Notes under the pieces: model-generated
Seen by the model: only the letters and a program-made list of their open reading frames with translations
Database searches by the model: none
What the model was told of the DNA's origin: nothing
In this document: positions 24,974 to 36,828 of the stretch, piece by piece
Position numbering within the stretch: the first letter of the stretch is position 1
Layout of the letters: each line of letters begins with the position of its first letter
Position numbers and translations under genes: made by a program
Assembly: GCF_001194135.2 (NCBI RefSeq)
Contig: NC_069002.1
Coordinates: 30,749,039 to 30,813,038, forward strand
Source of the DNA: Octopus bimaculoides
Taxonomy: Eukaryota
Reading direction: 5' to 3'
Length of the DNA: 64,000 bases

Positions 24974-25532
24974 GTAAGAAACACATTTTGCATTTTCCGT
25001 TTTCTTGTGTTTTCCTTCTCACACCTAGATTTAAGGATTATATCTTCCTAAACTAACACCTGCATTGTTACCTCAGAATGTAATGACAAACAAAATGCCA
25101 ATAATAATAATAATAATAATCCTTTCTTCTAAAGGCACAAGGCTTGAAATTTTGGGGTGAGGGGGTAAGTCAATTACATCGATCCCAGTGTTTCACTGGT
25201 ACTTAATTTATCGACCCTGAAAGGACGAAAGGCTAAGTCGACTTCAGCAGAATTTCAACTCAGAATGTAAAGACAGACCAAATACCGCTAAGCATTTTGC
25301 CTGGCATGCAAACGATTCTGCCAGCTCGCTGCCTTAATAACAATAGCAACAACAACAATTCTTTCTACTAAAAACTAAAGGCCTGAAACTTTGGGGTGGA
25401 GGCTAGTCAGTTACACACCAACCCCAGTGCTCAACTGGTATTGACCCTGGAAAATGAAAGGCAATGTTGACCTTCAGTGAGATTTGAAATCAGAATGTAA
25501 AGAATAATTCTGCCAAATTGCCACCATAATAA

Positions 25533-25886
25533 TAAGGGCACTCAGAGAGCGCAAATCTCCGCCAAGGCAACACCAACGTCCTCTCAACGATTAGCCAGAG
25601 ATGATTTTTAAAATGTGAATATCTGAAATAAACTCCATTGCTCTCACAAACAAGAATACTAAAAGTGAACCGACAGCTCTCAAAAATCAAGTAAAAAAGC
25701 AGGAAAAATAATCCAGAATCCTTGTCTGGTACCAGATCGATCCCCAAATCTAATCAGTTTGTGCCAGTCACGAGGCCAAACATCCCTGAAAGTTTCATCT
25801 GAATCCATCCAGCGGTTCTTGAGATATCTTGTCCATGGACAAACAAACACAACTGAAAACAATACCTCCACTTTTGCTAAGGTGGA

Positions 25887-25891
<5 letters not shown>
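25533..25891. mobile_element. Helentron/Helitron-like non-autonomous element
   Basis: ctccgccaagg near one end; terminal hairpin tacctccac-ttttgctaag-gtggaggta at 25863-25890; internal acaaacaaac. Class assigned from this architecture only. Confidence 0.55.
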
Positions 25892-25919
<28 letters not shown>

Positions 25920-26558
25920 CAATAATCCTTTCTGCTGGAGGCACAAGGCTGGGAATTTGGGGGAGAGAGATAGTCGTTTACATTGACCCTAGTGTGTGAC
26001 TGGTATTTATTTTACTTGACCCCGAAAGGATGAAAGGCAAAGTCGACCTTGGCGGAATTTGAACTCAGAATGTAGTGACAGGCGAAATACCACTAAGCAT
26101 TTTGTCCAGCGTGCTAACGATTCTGCCAGCTCACCACCTTAATGATAATAATAATTTCTTAGATAAACACAGGCTTCAAATCTTTGGAGAAGAGGAACTA
26201 CATTGTAGTCTTCAAATTTGATTATATTGCTGATGGTGGTGGGAAAAATCTCTTTTCTCTCAGCTCATTTGTGCTCTGTCAATGATGCACATCAACATTA
26301 CACATCCAATGGAGCATTTCAAAAAGCATAGGAACACAGCTCTAGACATGTTTCAGTTTTATTGGAACGCCTCAGCAATATTCTTCACTGTACTTGCTAA
26401 ACTGGCAATGAGAAGAGAATTGTTAACGAGATGTACAGTATTATACACAAATACTTTTTGGATTTTTGTAAATAATTAATTTTGTATTACTTCACTATCA
26501 AAAGTTCATGAAAACCTGGTTACTAATTAATGCTTGTGAATTTTGCTTTCTTCCACAG

Positions 26559-26696
26559 AAACAAGCTCGTCTGAAGACTGGTAAACGCCAAGCTACAGAT
26601 TCTGAGATGATTCATGATGAAGTAGAACGTCAGATTTCTCAGTGTCAATGCCGACATCAGTTTAAAGCAGAAAGAATTCAAGATGGACAATACAGA
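26559..26696 (+). CDS. MACF1: Spectraplakin exon 10, GAR domain N-half (TDSEMIHDEVERQISQCQCRHQFKAERIQDGQYR)
   Basis: ttccacag acceptor, gtaagt donor, 138 nt, phase 0/0; I.DEV.RQ...C.C...F motif of the GAS2/GAR domain. Confidence 0.97.
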
Positions 26697-27334
26697 GTAA
26701 GTTAGCCAAAAGATTTTCTTTTTTTTTTTTTCCCCTTTATAGAATACCTTGTTGTAATCATTATCATTGTTTAAATGCCCACTTTTCTATGGCTGGGATG
26801 CTCTTCCTGTTGCCAGCCCTCACCTGTTTTCCTCATGACCAGACGTGTTTTCCGAGGATATTGGAAACAAAGGACACTGCTTGTATGACAGAGACACTCG
26901 TTTACAATTATAATGTGATGTCAAGGCAAGGAGACAGTTACACGCATGACAAGCTTCTTTCAGTTTCCATCTACCAAATACACTTACAAGGCTTTGTTCA
27001 GCCTGGGGCTTTAGTTAAAGACACTTGCCCAAAGATGCCACTGAACCAGGAACCATGTTGTTGGGAAACAGACTACTTACCACCATGTAATAAATAAATA
27101 TGTGTGTGAAGATGTGTGGCTTAATGATTAGGGCATTCTGCTCACAATTGTAAGGTCGGGAGTTCAATTCCCAGCGAATTTCCCTGATTATATGTTTTGT
27201 ATTGTCTTTGTAATGTGTAACCTCTCTATTTAGCCCCTTGTGGACAATAAAAAATTGAGGCTTGATAATTAGGGGCTTCCTTAACATAGAACCCAATAAG
27301 ATCTTAGTTGTAAAACCTTCTCTTGATATTCTTT

Positions 27335-27735
27335 TTACATGTTTCAGTCATTTTGACTGTGGCCATGCTGGAGCACCACTTTTAGTTGAACAAATCAACT
27401 CCAGGATTTATTCTTTGTAAGCTTAGTACTTATTCTATCGGTCTCTTTTGCCGAACTGCTAAACACACCAACATCGGTTGTCAAGCAATGGTGGGAGTGA
27501 CAAACACAGACACACACACACATATATATATATACATACATATATATATATACACACACATATACATACATACGATGGTCTTCTTTTGGTTTCCATCTAC
27601 CAAATCCACTCACAAGGCTTTGGTCGGTCCAAGGCTATAGTAGAAGACACATGCCCAAAGTGCCATGCAGTGGGGCTGAACTCGGAACCATGTGGTTGAG
27701 AAGCAAGTTTCTTACCACACAGCTACTCTTGTGCC
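27335..27735 (-). mobile_element. Family-A SINE downstream of exon 10, in reverse orientation
   Basis: Reverse complement of family A; the head ends at cttaccacacagctactcttgtgcc. Confidence 0.88.
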
Positions 27736-27782
27736 TAGATCTAATATGCTCTTACATATTTTAAGAATTTCGTTTACACGAG

Positions 27783-27990
27783 ATATATGTCATTGCTGTA
27801 ATTGATACGTCCTCAGCAACCACAAATGATTTGCCTGCAATAGATGTCACTAAAGTTACACCAGCTGTAACAGATATGTCCTCAGCAACCACTGAAGATC
27901 TGCCTGCAATAGATGTCGCTAAGGTTTCATTAGCTGTAATAGATATACCTTCAGCAACCACCAGATCTGTTATTGAGGTCATGCCAGCTG
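27783..27990. repeat. 69-bp tandem repeat, about 3 units
   Basis: The units translate as AVIDTSSATTNDLPAIDVTKVTP / AVTDMSSATTEDLPAIDVAKVSL / AVIDIPSATT... Confidence 0.85.
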
Positions 27991-28539
27991 CAATATATAT
28001 ATATATTTGTTTTTAACAACAGAATCTTACAGGATTGCTATGGACATATCTATTACAGCTAAATCGTGACCTGAATGGGGAAGGAATTTCAGTGGGATTG
28101 ATGTTCTGTGGAGGAAGGATTATACAAAGTGGTTAGTGAGAAATGCTACGTCTTACTTATCATGGATGGTTGTCTTATCCACAAGATTTATCAGCTTGGA
28201 CTCTATAACAAAGAAACTGTACAAGAGCCATTATACGCACCCTGGTTCAACTTGTATGCAAACGTATCTTACATATTCTTCAGTTGTAAGAACTTAATAT
28301 ACCATTTCTGATGGTATAGAAGTGCCAGTCTCTGTGGAGGGAACCAGTGGAAAATGTAGGCACAGGATGAGGTGGTAAAATATGATCTTCAGCTGCTGAG
28401 ACTCCTGGCAATTTGCTGTGTTTGAGAAAACAGGTCAAGTTAAGTGAAACTGTAGTCACAAAGACCTGGAAACCATTTTTTTGTCTTGACCTCCTCTTGT
28501 TTAAATCCTGCAAATTATGTTTCCATTTTGCTGTTTCAG

Positions 28540-28657
28540 TTTGGTGAGAATCTGAAATTGAAGTTGGTCCGCTTCCTTAACAGTTGTGTTATGGTGAGGG
28601 TTGGTGGAGGTTGGGTCACGCTTGATGAATTCTTGGAAACCAACGATCCTTGTCGAG
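28540..28657 (+). CDS. MACF1: Spectraplakin exon 11, GAR domain C-half ([39 protein letters not shown])
   Basis: gtttcag acceptor, gtacgt donor, 118 nt, phase 0/1; diagnostic [19 protein letters not shown]. Confidence 0.98.
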
Positions 28658-28994
28658 GTACGTTCCACTCTATTTCAAGTCAACATTCCATGGTATTTTG
28701 TAACCGATTTTTTTGCATCAGGAATGATTTGTTTTTAGACTGTTAATAACAGTACTAATTCATTAACTGTTTTGCATGAAATTAATTTATGTTGTTGTTA
28801 TTATTGTTGTTGTGTGTGTTTAAAGAAATATAAATGGAAGTTTAGATATTTCCATTTAGAAAGACAGTTTTAAATGTTGGATATTGTTGAATATTTCTTG
28901 TTATCTCCAAAAAATGTGAAAACCATGGTCTTGGCTCATTAGGAGTTCATATAAATCAATTGTTGAGATGAAGTTTTTTCTCATTTTATGAAAC

Positions 28995-29345
28995 TTCAAA
29001 TCGATTGAGAATTCTTAATCGTTTCTCTGTTAATAAATCATTAACAATTGTGAATCAACTGATTAATAATTCTTAATCAATTGTGAATCAATCATTTAAT
29101 CATTCTTAATCAATTTTGAATCAATTGATTAATCATTCTTAATCATCTCAGATGTTAATAAATCATTAATCAATCATGTATCAATTGATTTGTAATTTTC
29201 AATCAATTGTTTAATAATTCTCAATCAATTCTTTCTCAATTGCTAATGAAGTTCTTAACCAATTGATTAACAAATTGTAATCAATCTTTAATCAGTTGTT
29301 AAATTGTTTATCAATTTTTGATCAAATGTTCTAATTGATTACCAA
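28995..29345. repeat. Low-complexity degenerate repeat (aatcaattgattaatcattctt-like)
   Basis: Dense recurrence of aatcaatt and ttcttaatc motifs. Confidence 0.75.
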
Positions 29346-30309
29346 TTTCTAAATCCGTCTGCATGGAAACCTGATTTACTAATTTTTGAGAAAATGGTTT
29401 TTCATCAGAATTAATAATTACAGCAGTTTTTGATAACACTAATAATGCCATCATACCAGCGTTGGGTATTTCCATTTTTTAAAAAAATTATTTCTCAGTA
29501 AACAGTTGTGTCGAGAGAAATAGAGGTTGGAGGATAGACATCAGACAACTAACGTACCACTAAATGACTGTAGTTACTTTGGTGAAACTGGAGTAAACTA
29601 AGAGAGTGAGTGGCTGGATCATATGGACACAATCAATGTTTGTTGGAAAGAGAAAGGACTGCATTGGTGTAGACATGCAATGTGAAGGGGTTACATGCAG
29701 TTGGTGATAAGGTGTTAATGCATTGAGTAGCCATGGTGGAGAAAGATTAAGGAGAGATGAGGTATGATCTGAAGTTGTGAAGGGATGAAATAGCAAAGGA
29801 CGATGAGAAGCTGTGATATGATGGCCAGCACAAACATCGAACCAAGTTAAAGGGCAGAAGAATAAATATCAAAATGGCAACAATGCTTCTCCAGACTTGG
29901 TGATCTTATTCAAGATGGTTTGGGGGTGGGATGTGAAGGGAGGGGGAACAAGTAGAAGTAATTAATGAAAAAGAAAAAATTTGAAATGGGTTTAGAATTG
30001 GTGTAGTTAAAATGGAATGAGTTCTTCTTCTAACCCTCACCCTCTCAATTGTGGTTTCTTCCTCTCCGCCTCCCAGCCTCTAATAACCCTACAAAATGTC
30101 CTGGGGCAAATGCCCTTCCCCCTCTTACTATAAAATGCATTTTTTACTTTGTGATTAACTGAAGAAAAAAACAACAACAGGGGTTCCACACCTGCTTCAC
30201 AGTTGATTGACTTTGAAGAGAGGAATTTATAAAAAGACAGGTTTATCATTCATGTTAGTAAACTACAAAATTCTTACCTTGTCTCAATTTCAGGGTCCCA
30301 GGAGACTGA

Positions 30310-30590
30310 ATGGAAAAGGCATTTGCCCCAGAGGGTGGTGAGGGAGATTTGCTGAACAGTCACTCTGACTCACGGGGCTTTTGCACTTGTGGATAACCAT
30401 CTTCACTCAGGGAGCAGGGATATGGTCCGGGGCTGAGAACGCCAGAGGTCTCCACTGTCACAGGCTTGACCACGAGCCTGTCAGAGTGCAACTGATACCT
30501 TGACAGTTTGCTTTTCTCAGCCTGATGAGCAGCGAAGCTTGGGCTGGCAGCTGACCATACCAAGTTGGCTTAGATATAAAGGAAGCTTCC
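30310..30590 (-). mobile_element. CRE-like non-LTR retrotransposon C-terminal (RLE) fragment
   Basis: AAHQAEKSKLSRY...KPVTVETSG...PRESE*LF, then a frameshifted QQISL and GANAFSI. This follows the AE..K..KY / P.AVET.G / RE..FL.QR.S...RGNA pattern. Confidence 0.55.
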
Positions 30591-31041
30591 CACTGTGGAG
30601 GTGGTGGGGGGGAATCTCATCCATGAAAACATGTAGGAAAATATGGAGATGAGGAAGTGAGAGATATTTAGAGTGTAGAGATTGGATATAAGATTGAAGA
30701 GGGTTAATGGTCAGGGTTTAAGTTGGGATGGCAGTAGTGGAGGATTGCGTCAATAACATGGAACAAAATGCCATTGAGGCTGTTCCTTTTTTTGTAAAAG
30801 TATCTCCGAACATTCTAAAAAGATCCACATGGAGGGTTACAATTGTGTGTCTTGTAAATGTATGCATTGTGTAATTATTTAGAAATATATGAATTTTTAC
30901 AAGGGAAAACTTGAAAAGTGGTTTAGAAGTCTCTGTAGACTGTTTCCATATAAAAATTAATATGGTAATCCTCTAAAACCTATTGTCTGATCCTTTAATT
31001 CAATGTCCAAATGTTTGTCTGTATACCATATACATAAAAAC

Positions 31042-31079
<38 letters not shown>

Positions 31080-31097
31080 NNNNNNNNNNNNNTATAT

Positions 31098-31440
31098 GTG
31101 AAAGCACATGGCTTAATGGTTAGAGCATCGGGTTTACAATCTCGAGGTAGTGAGTTTGAATCCTGGACCGGGCTGCGTGTTGTGTTCTTGAGCAAGACAC
31201 TTTATTTCACGTTGCTCCAGTTCACTCAGCTGTAGAAATGAGTTGTGACGTCACTGGTATCAATCCGTATCGGCCCCTTTGCCTTTCCCTTGAATAACAT
31301 CGGTGGTATGGAGAAGGGAAGCTGGTATGCATGGGCGACACCTCGTCTACCATAAACTACCTTGCTTGGACTTATGCCTTGAAGGGGAACTTTCTAGGTT
31401 CAATCCCATGGTCATTCACAACTGAATTGGGTGGGGTCTT
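31098..31440 (+). mobile_element. Family-D tRNA-headed SINE; related copy at about 36420-36745 and a head fragment at about 59570-59660
   Basis: Head aaagcacatggcttaatggttagagc, B-box gtttgaatcc, core gtgttgtgttcttgagcaagacacttt...ctccagttcactcagctg. Confidence 0.7.
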
Positions 31441-32096
31441 TTATAGTTATGTATGCTTATGTTGTACTTAGTTGCATATATACATATATGTTGTATAGTT
31501 GCATAATATGTTCATGTTATGTACTGTTATGTGTATATATCTATGTTGTGTATATAGATTATCCAGTAGTGTATGTATGTAAATAGTTTAGTTGAATGTT
31601 GTGGTATGGTTTTTGTAGCCATGAATGGCCTTCAGCTGACATTCAAATTTAGCACCAAATGTTAAAAGTATTGATGGGGTGAGCATAGCAAATGTGTCGA
31701 GTTGAAAATTTGTGAACTTTGCCAACCCATTGTACACAACCTGGACATCTATACACACATTATATTAGTGTTGGCTATAGAATCTGGATTCTTGTGTGTG
31801 TTTCTTTTTATAATTTTTTTTTTGCATTTGAAATTGCTCTGTTTGTGTTTTCCTTGATTTTTATTGTTTGATGGTTTCAATTTCAGCAACTGACATTCAG
31901 GTTTTATGAGTTGGCATAAGGCTGTATGTATGTTTAATATGATATAAAATATAATATATAAAATATATTTTATATGATGTAAAATATAGAATATATCTTA
32001 TACAACATGAAATATCATATTTTGTACGAGTTGTTGTTTCGTGATACATTGATATTCTGAAATAATAATCTAATGATTTTTTTTTTTTTTTTTTTT

Positions 32097-32867
32097 NNNN
32101 NNNNNNNNNNNNNNNNNNNNNNNNNNNNNNNNNNNNNNNNNNNNNNNNNNNNNNNNNNNNNNNNNNNNNNNNNNNNNNNNNNNNNNNNNNNNNNNNNNNN
32201 NNNNNNNNNNNNNNNNNNNNNNNNNNNNNNNNNNNNNNNNNNNNNNNNNNNNNNNNNNNNNNNNNNNNNNNNNNNNNNNNNNNNNNNNNNNNNNNNNNNN
32301 NNNNNNNNNNNNNNNNNNNNNNNNNNNNNNNNNNNNNNNNNNNNNNNNNNNNNNNNNNNNNNNNNNNNNNNNNNNNNNNNNNNNNNNNNNNNNNNNNNNN
32401 NNNNNNNNNNNNNNNNNNNNNNNNNNNNNNNNNNNNNNNNNNNNNNNNNNNNNNNNNNNNNNNNNNNNNNNNNNNNNNNNNNNNNNNNNNNNNNNNNNNN
32501 NNNNNNNNNNNNNNNNNNNNNNNNNNNNNNNNNNNNNNNNNNNNNNNNNNNNNNNNNNNNNNNNNNNNNNNNNNNNNNNNNNNNNNNNNNNNNNNNNNNN
32601 NNNNNNNNNNNNNNNNNNNNNNNNNNNNNNNNNNNNNNNNNNNNNNNNNNNNNNNNNNNNNNNNNNNNNNNNNNNNNNNNNNNNNNNNNNNNNNNNNNNN
32701 NNNNNNNNNNNNNNNNNNNNNNNNNNNNNNNNNNNNNNNNNNNNNNNNNNNNNNNNNNNNNNNNNNNNNNNNNNNNNNNNNNNNNNNNNNNNNNNNNNNN
32801 NNNNNNNNNNNNNNNNNNNNNNNNNNNNNNNNNNNNNNNNNNNNNNNNNNNNNNNNNNNNNNNNNNN
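32097..32867. other. Assembly gap; other large gaps at 12960-13584, about 22140-22636, 39144-39464 and 50784-51144
   Basis: N runs. Confidence 0.99.
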
Positions 32868-33180
32868 ACTTGTATCAGTCATTAGACTGCGGCCATGCTG
32901 GGGCATTACTACTCAAATGTATCAACTCCAGTATTTCTTTTATCTTTTAAACCAGTCACTTGTACTATCGATCTTTTTTGTCGAACCACTAGGTTACGGG
33001 GACGTAAACACACGCGACTGGCTTCTTTCAGTTTCCATCTACCAAATCCACTCACAAGGCTTTGGTCGGACCGAGGCTATAGTAGAAGACGCTTTGCCCA
33101 AGGTGCCATGCAGTGGGACTGAACCTGGAACCATGTGGTTGGGAAGCAAGCTTCTTAACTACACAGCCATGTCTGCACCT
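32868..33180 (-). mobile_element. Family-A SINE
   Basis: Reverse complement of family A. Confidence 0.8.
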
Positions 33181-34753
33181 ATGTTTATTTCTGTAATTAA
33201 AAATCCACATGGTTATATCTCCATATAACACTACATGGCTGTAGCTATGTTTGTACCTGTATTATTTCAATTTGTTAGTTGACTAAAATGACTGCCAAAG
33301 AATATAAAGAACTCTCTCTTGTGTGACCAACTGAAGGAGCCTGCATGTGGTCAAACTGCTAGAAACAGCAGTCAACTATTTCTCAAACCACACCCTTATA
33401 TCTTATACCTACACCCTTATATCTTATACCTACACCCAGAGCCTTGCTGTATCAGGGTTATCCTTTAATGTCCATTTTCCATGCTGGCATGGGTTGGACA
33501 GTTTGGCCAGAGTTGGAGAGCTGCACCAGGTTCCAGTCTGATTTGACTTGGTTTCTACAGCTGGACACCCTTCCTAATGCCAACCATTTTACAGTGTGGC
33601 CTGGGCGCTCTTTATGTGGCACTGGCACAGAGCTCTTGAAGGTCAATCCTCTTCATCAGGAGATGTGGTCTTAACACTTTCTGCTGTGGAGGTGGGGGTC
33701 TTCTTGAGTACAGCAAGGAGCCTGGTATGTCAATCCTTTGTCCCATGTCTTCGGGATCTCCCACTTCTATGAGTTCCATCCACTTTGAGAGATCGGCACT
33801 TCTTAATGGAGCTGTCAGCATCACATGACCAAAGCATCACATGCAGTTAATGGGAAAGGGTCCTTTAGTGTGGTACCTTCCTTTTTCTCAGGCGTAAAAA
33901 GATCCTGAAATTTGATTGGTTCTTTAACATTTTTTTTTTGTGGGGGTTGTGGGAAGAGAGTAAAATTTTTTCCTCATTATTATAATTGTTAAAAAAACTT
34001 TCTCTTTACCTTCCCTTCTATATTCTGTTGCAGCAAAACCCCTTTCAAAAACCTTATCCCGGACACCAAACAGTTTCCCCTCCTCCTCCTTCCTCTAATG
34101 TTTACCTTTTTTTTTCTTTTCTTTTCCATTTTCTCTCTGGTAATTAGTGGTATCCGGATTCTGCTTATTAATACAGAATTCTTCTTTGCTTTTTTAAAGA
34201 TTTGCTTATTTCCAAAACCCTAGCAGCAGCAGCATTCTGAAATGTAGGACAAAACCCAAACAAAATTATTGTAAAATAGAAAAATATTAGCCTTTTTTCC
34301 TTGTTTTGGTGGAAAAGACAGAAAATCAATGTCTTGTTTTCTGTCTTCAATTATCAAACAAGACATTCTTTCCCAAAGTTCCACATAAAAAAAAAATATT
34401 ATTTATTTCTTGCTTGCTTTAAGCTTCTCCAAGATTCTTCTAGCAAATTGGAAATTTTGCACAAGGCTTTTGATTATTTTAAAATTCTTTACTTTCTGAA
34501 GCTGGGTTCAAGTTCGTTATTGAAATTTTATATTTGTGTATGAATGTACATCCATGCATGTAAATATATGTGTGTGTGCATATATGCATACATTTGCATA
34601 TGGGCATGCATTTGTATACATACTGTCGAAACTGTGCCAAATCAGATTGGAGCCTGGTGTTGCCATCCGGTTGCACCAGTCCTCAGTCAAATCGTCCAAC
34701 CCATGCTAGCATGGAAAGCGGACGTTAAACGATGTTGATGATGATGATGATAT

Positions 34754-34784
<31 letters not shown>

Positions 34785-35804
34785 TATATAATCTAAGTGC
34801 ATATTATATGCATCTATATATCTGTATGTTCACAAATGCACACACATATATATATATATATATGCATATAATTATTTTTCTTGTGTTTGTTGTGATTCCA
34901 AGGTGACACATTTTGTCAATTCCTAAAATCCGAATAATCACTCGACAGATTTCTTCTGTGTATTTCAAACTTCAATTTATCAATTTTATTTTTCCTTTCT
35001 TGCTTTTTTCCATTTAGATTTTTCATTGAAAATGTTTATCATAAATCTAAGAATTCTAAACATATTCCTGTGGATCCAGGATCTCCTTAACCTTCTGCTA
35101 TCATGGTTCCTTTGAAATGCATTACTTTAGATAATAATGAAGAATTTAGTAAAATAACTTTGTCGTTATTAAGCTGGTGTTTGGAACAAATTAACATAGA
35201 ATTTCGATGGAAGGTTTTAGTTTGTATCAGAACTAGGGGCAGTCACGAGCAGATTGGTATCAATAGGGTTAAACTATGAGAAAACTGGCACCAAAATTTA
35301 CTTAAATATCCTTCATAGCTAGAAATGCAGAAAGAACAAAAGTTTAGAAGAAAGATAGCATTTGGTTACTTTGATTGTAGAATTTCAGGTCAGCAATAAC
35401 TGGAATTCCTTTCTAAAGGAATTCCAGTCATGGTCATTCTATTTTCACTTGGGACCATGTTAGTTAATCAGTCTTTTTATTTTTTATTTTTCAAGATGAT
35501 TCTGTGGGATTTGAAGAAAATTTGGTTGCTATTTTTAGCAGGACACGCTATCACAAAAACTCCTTTGTTAGTTCTCTGCCCTCGGGTGATAATCATTTTC
35601 TAATTCCTAATAATCACAGGAAATCTGACAAAAAAAAAATAAACAGTCAAAATATGTGGGGAAATATTTCAAAAAACTACAATATTTGGGGTTAATTTTA
35701 CAAGGCAGATTCAACAATTATCCATTTTATATTTGATTGGATTTTAAATTCCATAAGTATTTATTGGTTTTAGGGTAGCATTTGAGGATTTTGACTGTTG
35801 GGTG

Positions 35805-36085
35805 TCCTACATCTGCTGCAGTAGCAAGGTGTGTTTTACATCTGTTAGTGGTACCTGCAAGTTGTACTACATCTGTTATGGTAGTAGTTAACATGTATCT
35901 TTTGATGTAGCTACATGTGCTACATCTTTTGTGGTTACATAATCCATATCTGTTGTAGCTAGTTGTCATCTAACTATTGTGTGGTAGCAATTGTCTTAAA
36001 TCTATTGCGATGGCTAATTCTACATCCGTTGGGAGTGGGGGTAGTTAGTCTGTCTTGGTAGCTAATTCATCTACATCCGTTGTTA
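35805..36085. repeat. Degenerate minisatellite (ctacatctgttgtggtagc-like)
   Basis: About 9 recurrences of tacatctgtt/tacatccgtt followed by gtggtagc-like motifs. Confidence 0.65.
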
Positions 36086-36747
36086 ACCAGTTATCGTACA
36101 TGTGTTCTCATAATGTTTATGCTTCAGGAATCTGCAATTCAATTATTGAAATTAGGTTTCAGAATTAATTAATGTAGGGGGGAGAAAAAAAAAAATCACA
36201 GTAAATAGATTTGAGTAATCATGAATTTTATTACAAAGACTGAGATAGTAATAGAAAACGAGAAATTGATTCAAGTTGAGATTACAAAAATATACACATA
36301 CTCATATTTATACATACATATATCTACATTTATCTATTTGTGTGTGTGTGAGTATACATACACTCACACATGTATATTCATATATAAATGCACACATTTT
36401 ATATATGTGTGTGTATGTATGTGTGAAGGCACATGGCTAGGTGGTTTGGTTATTCGATTCATGATTGTAAGGTCACAAGTTCGATTCCTGACAGCACATT
36501 GTGTCCTTGAGCAAGTCCCTTCATTTCAAGTTGCTCCAGTCCACTCAGCAGGCAAAAATGAGTTGTACCTCTATTTTGAGGGGCCAGGCTTATCACACAT
36601 TGTGTCATGCCGAATCTCCCTTAAAACTCCATTAAGAATACGTGTCTGTGGAGTGCTCAGCCACTTGCACGTTAATTTCATTAGCAAGCTGTTCTGTTGA
36701 TCAGATCAATTGGAACCTTTATCGTCGTTCGTAAACGACAGAGTGCT

Positions 36748-36828
<81 letters not shown>

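Noticed and set aside
30517-30547. cagc-CTGATGA-gcagc-GAAG...gctg hammerhead look-alike
   Set aside because: Stem II is too short, there is no A15.1 or valid NUH triplet, and it is antisense to the CRE-like coding relic.
35540-35586. Phase-1 acceptor reading AGHAITKTPLLVLCPR
   Set aside because: Weak donor, exit phase incompatible with exon 12, no homology recognised.
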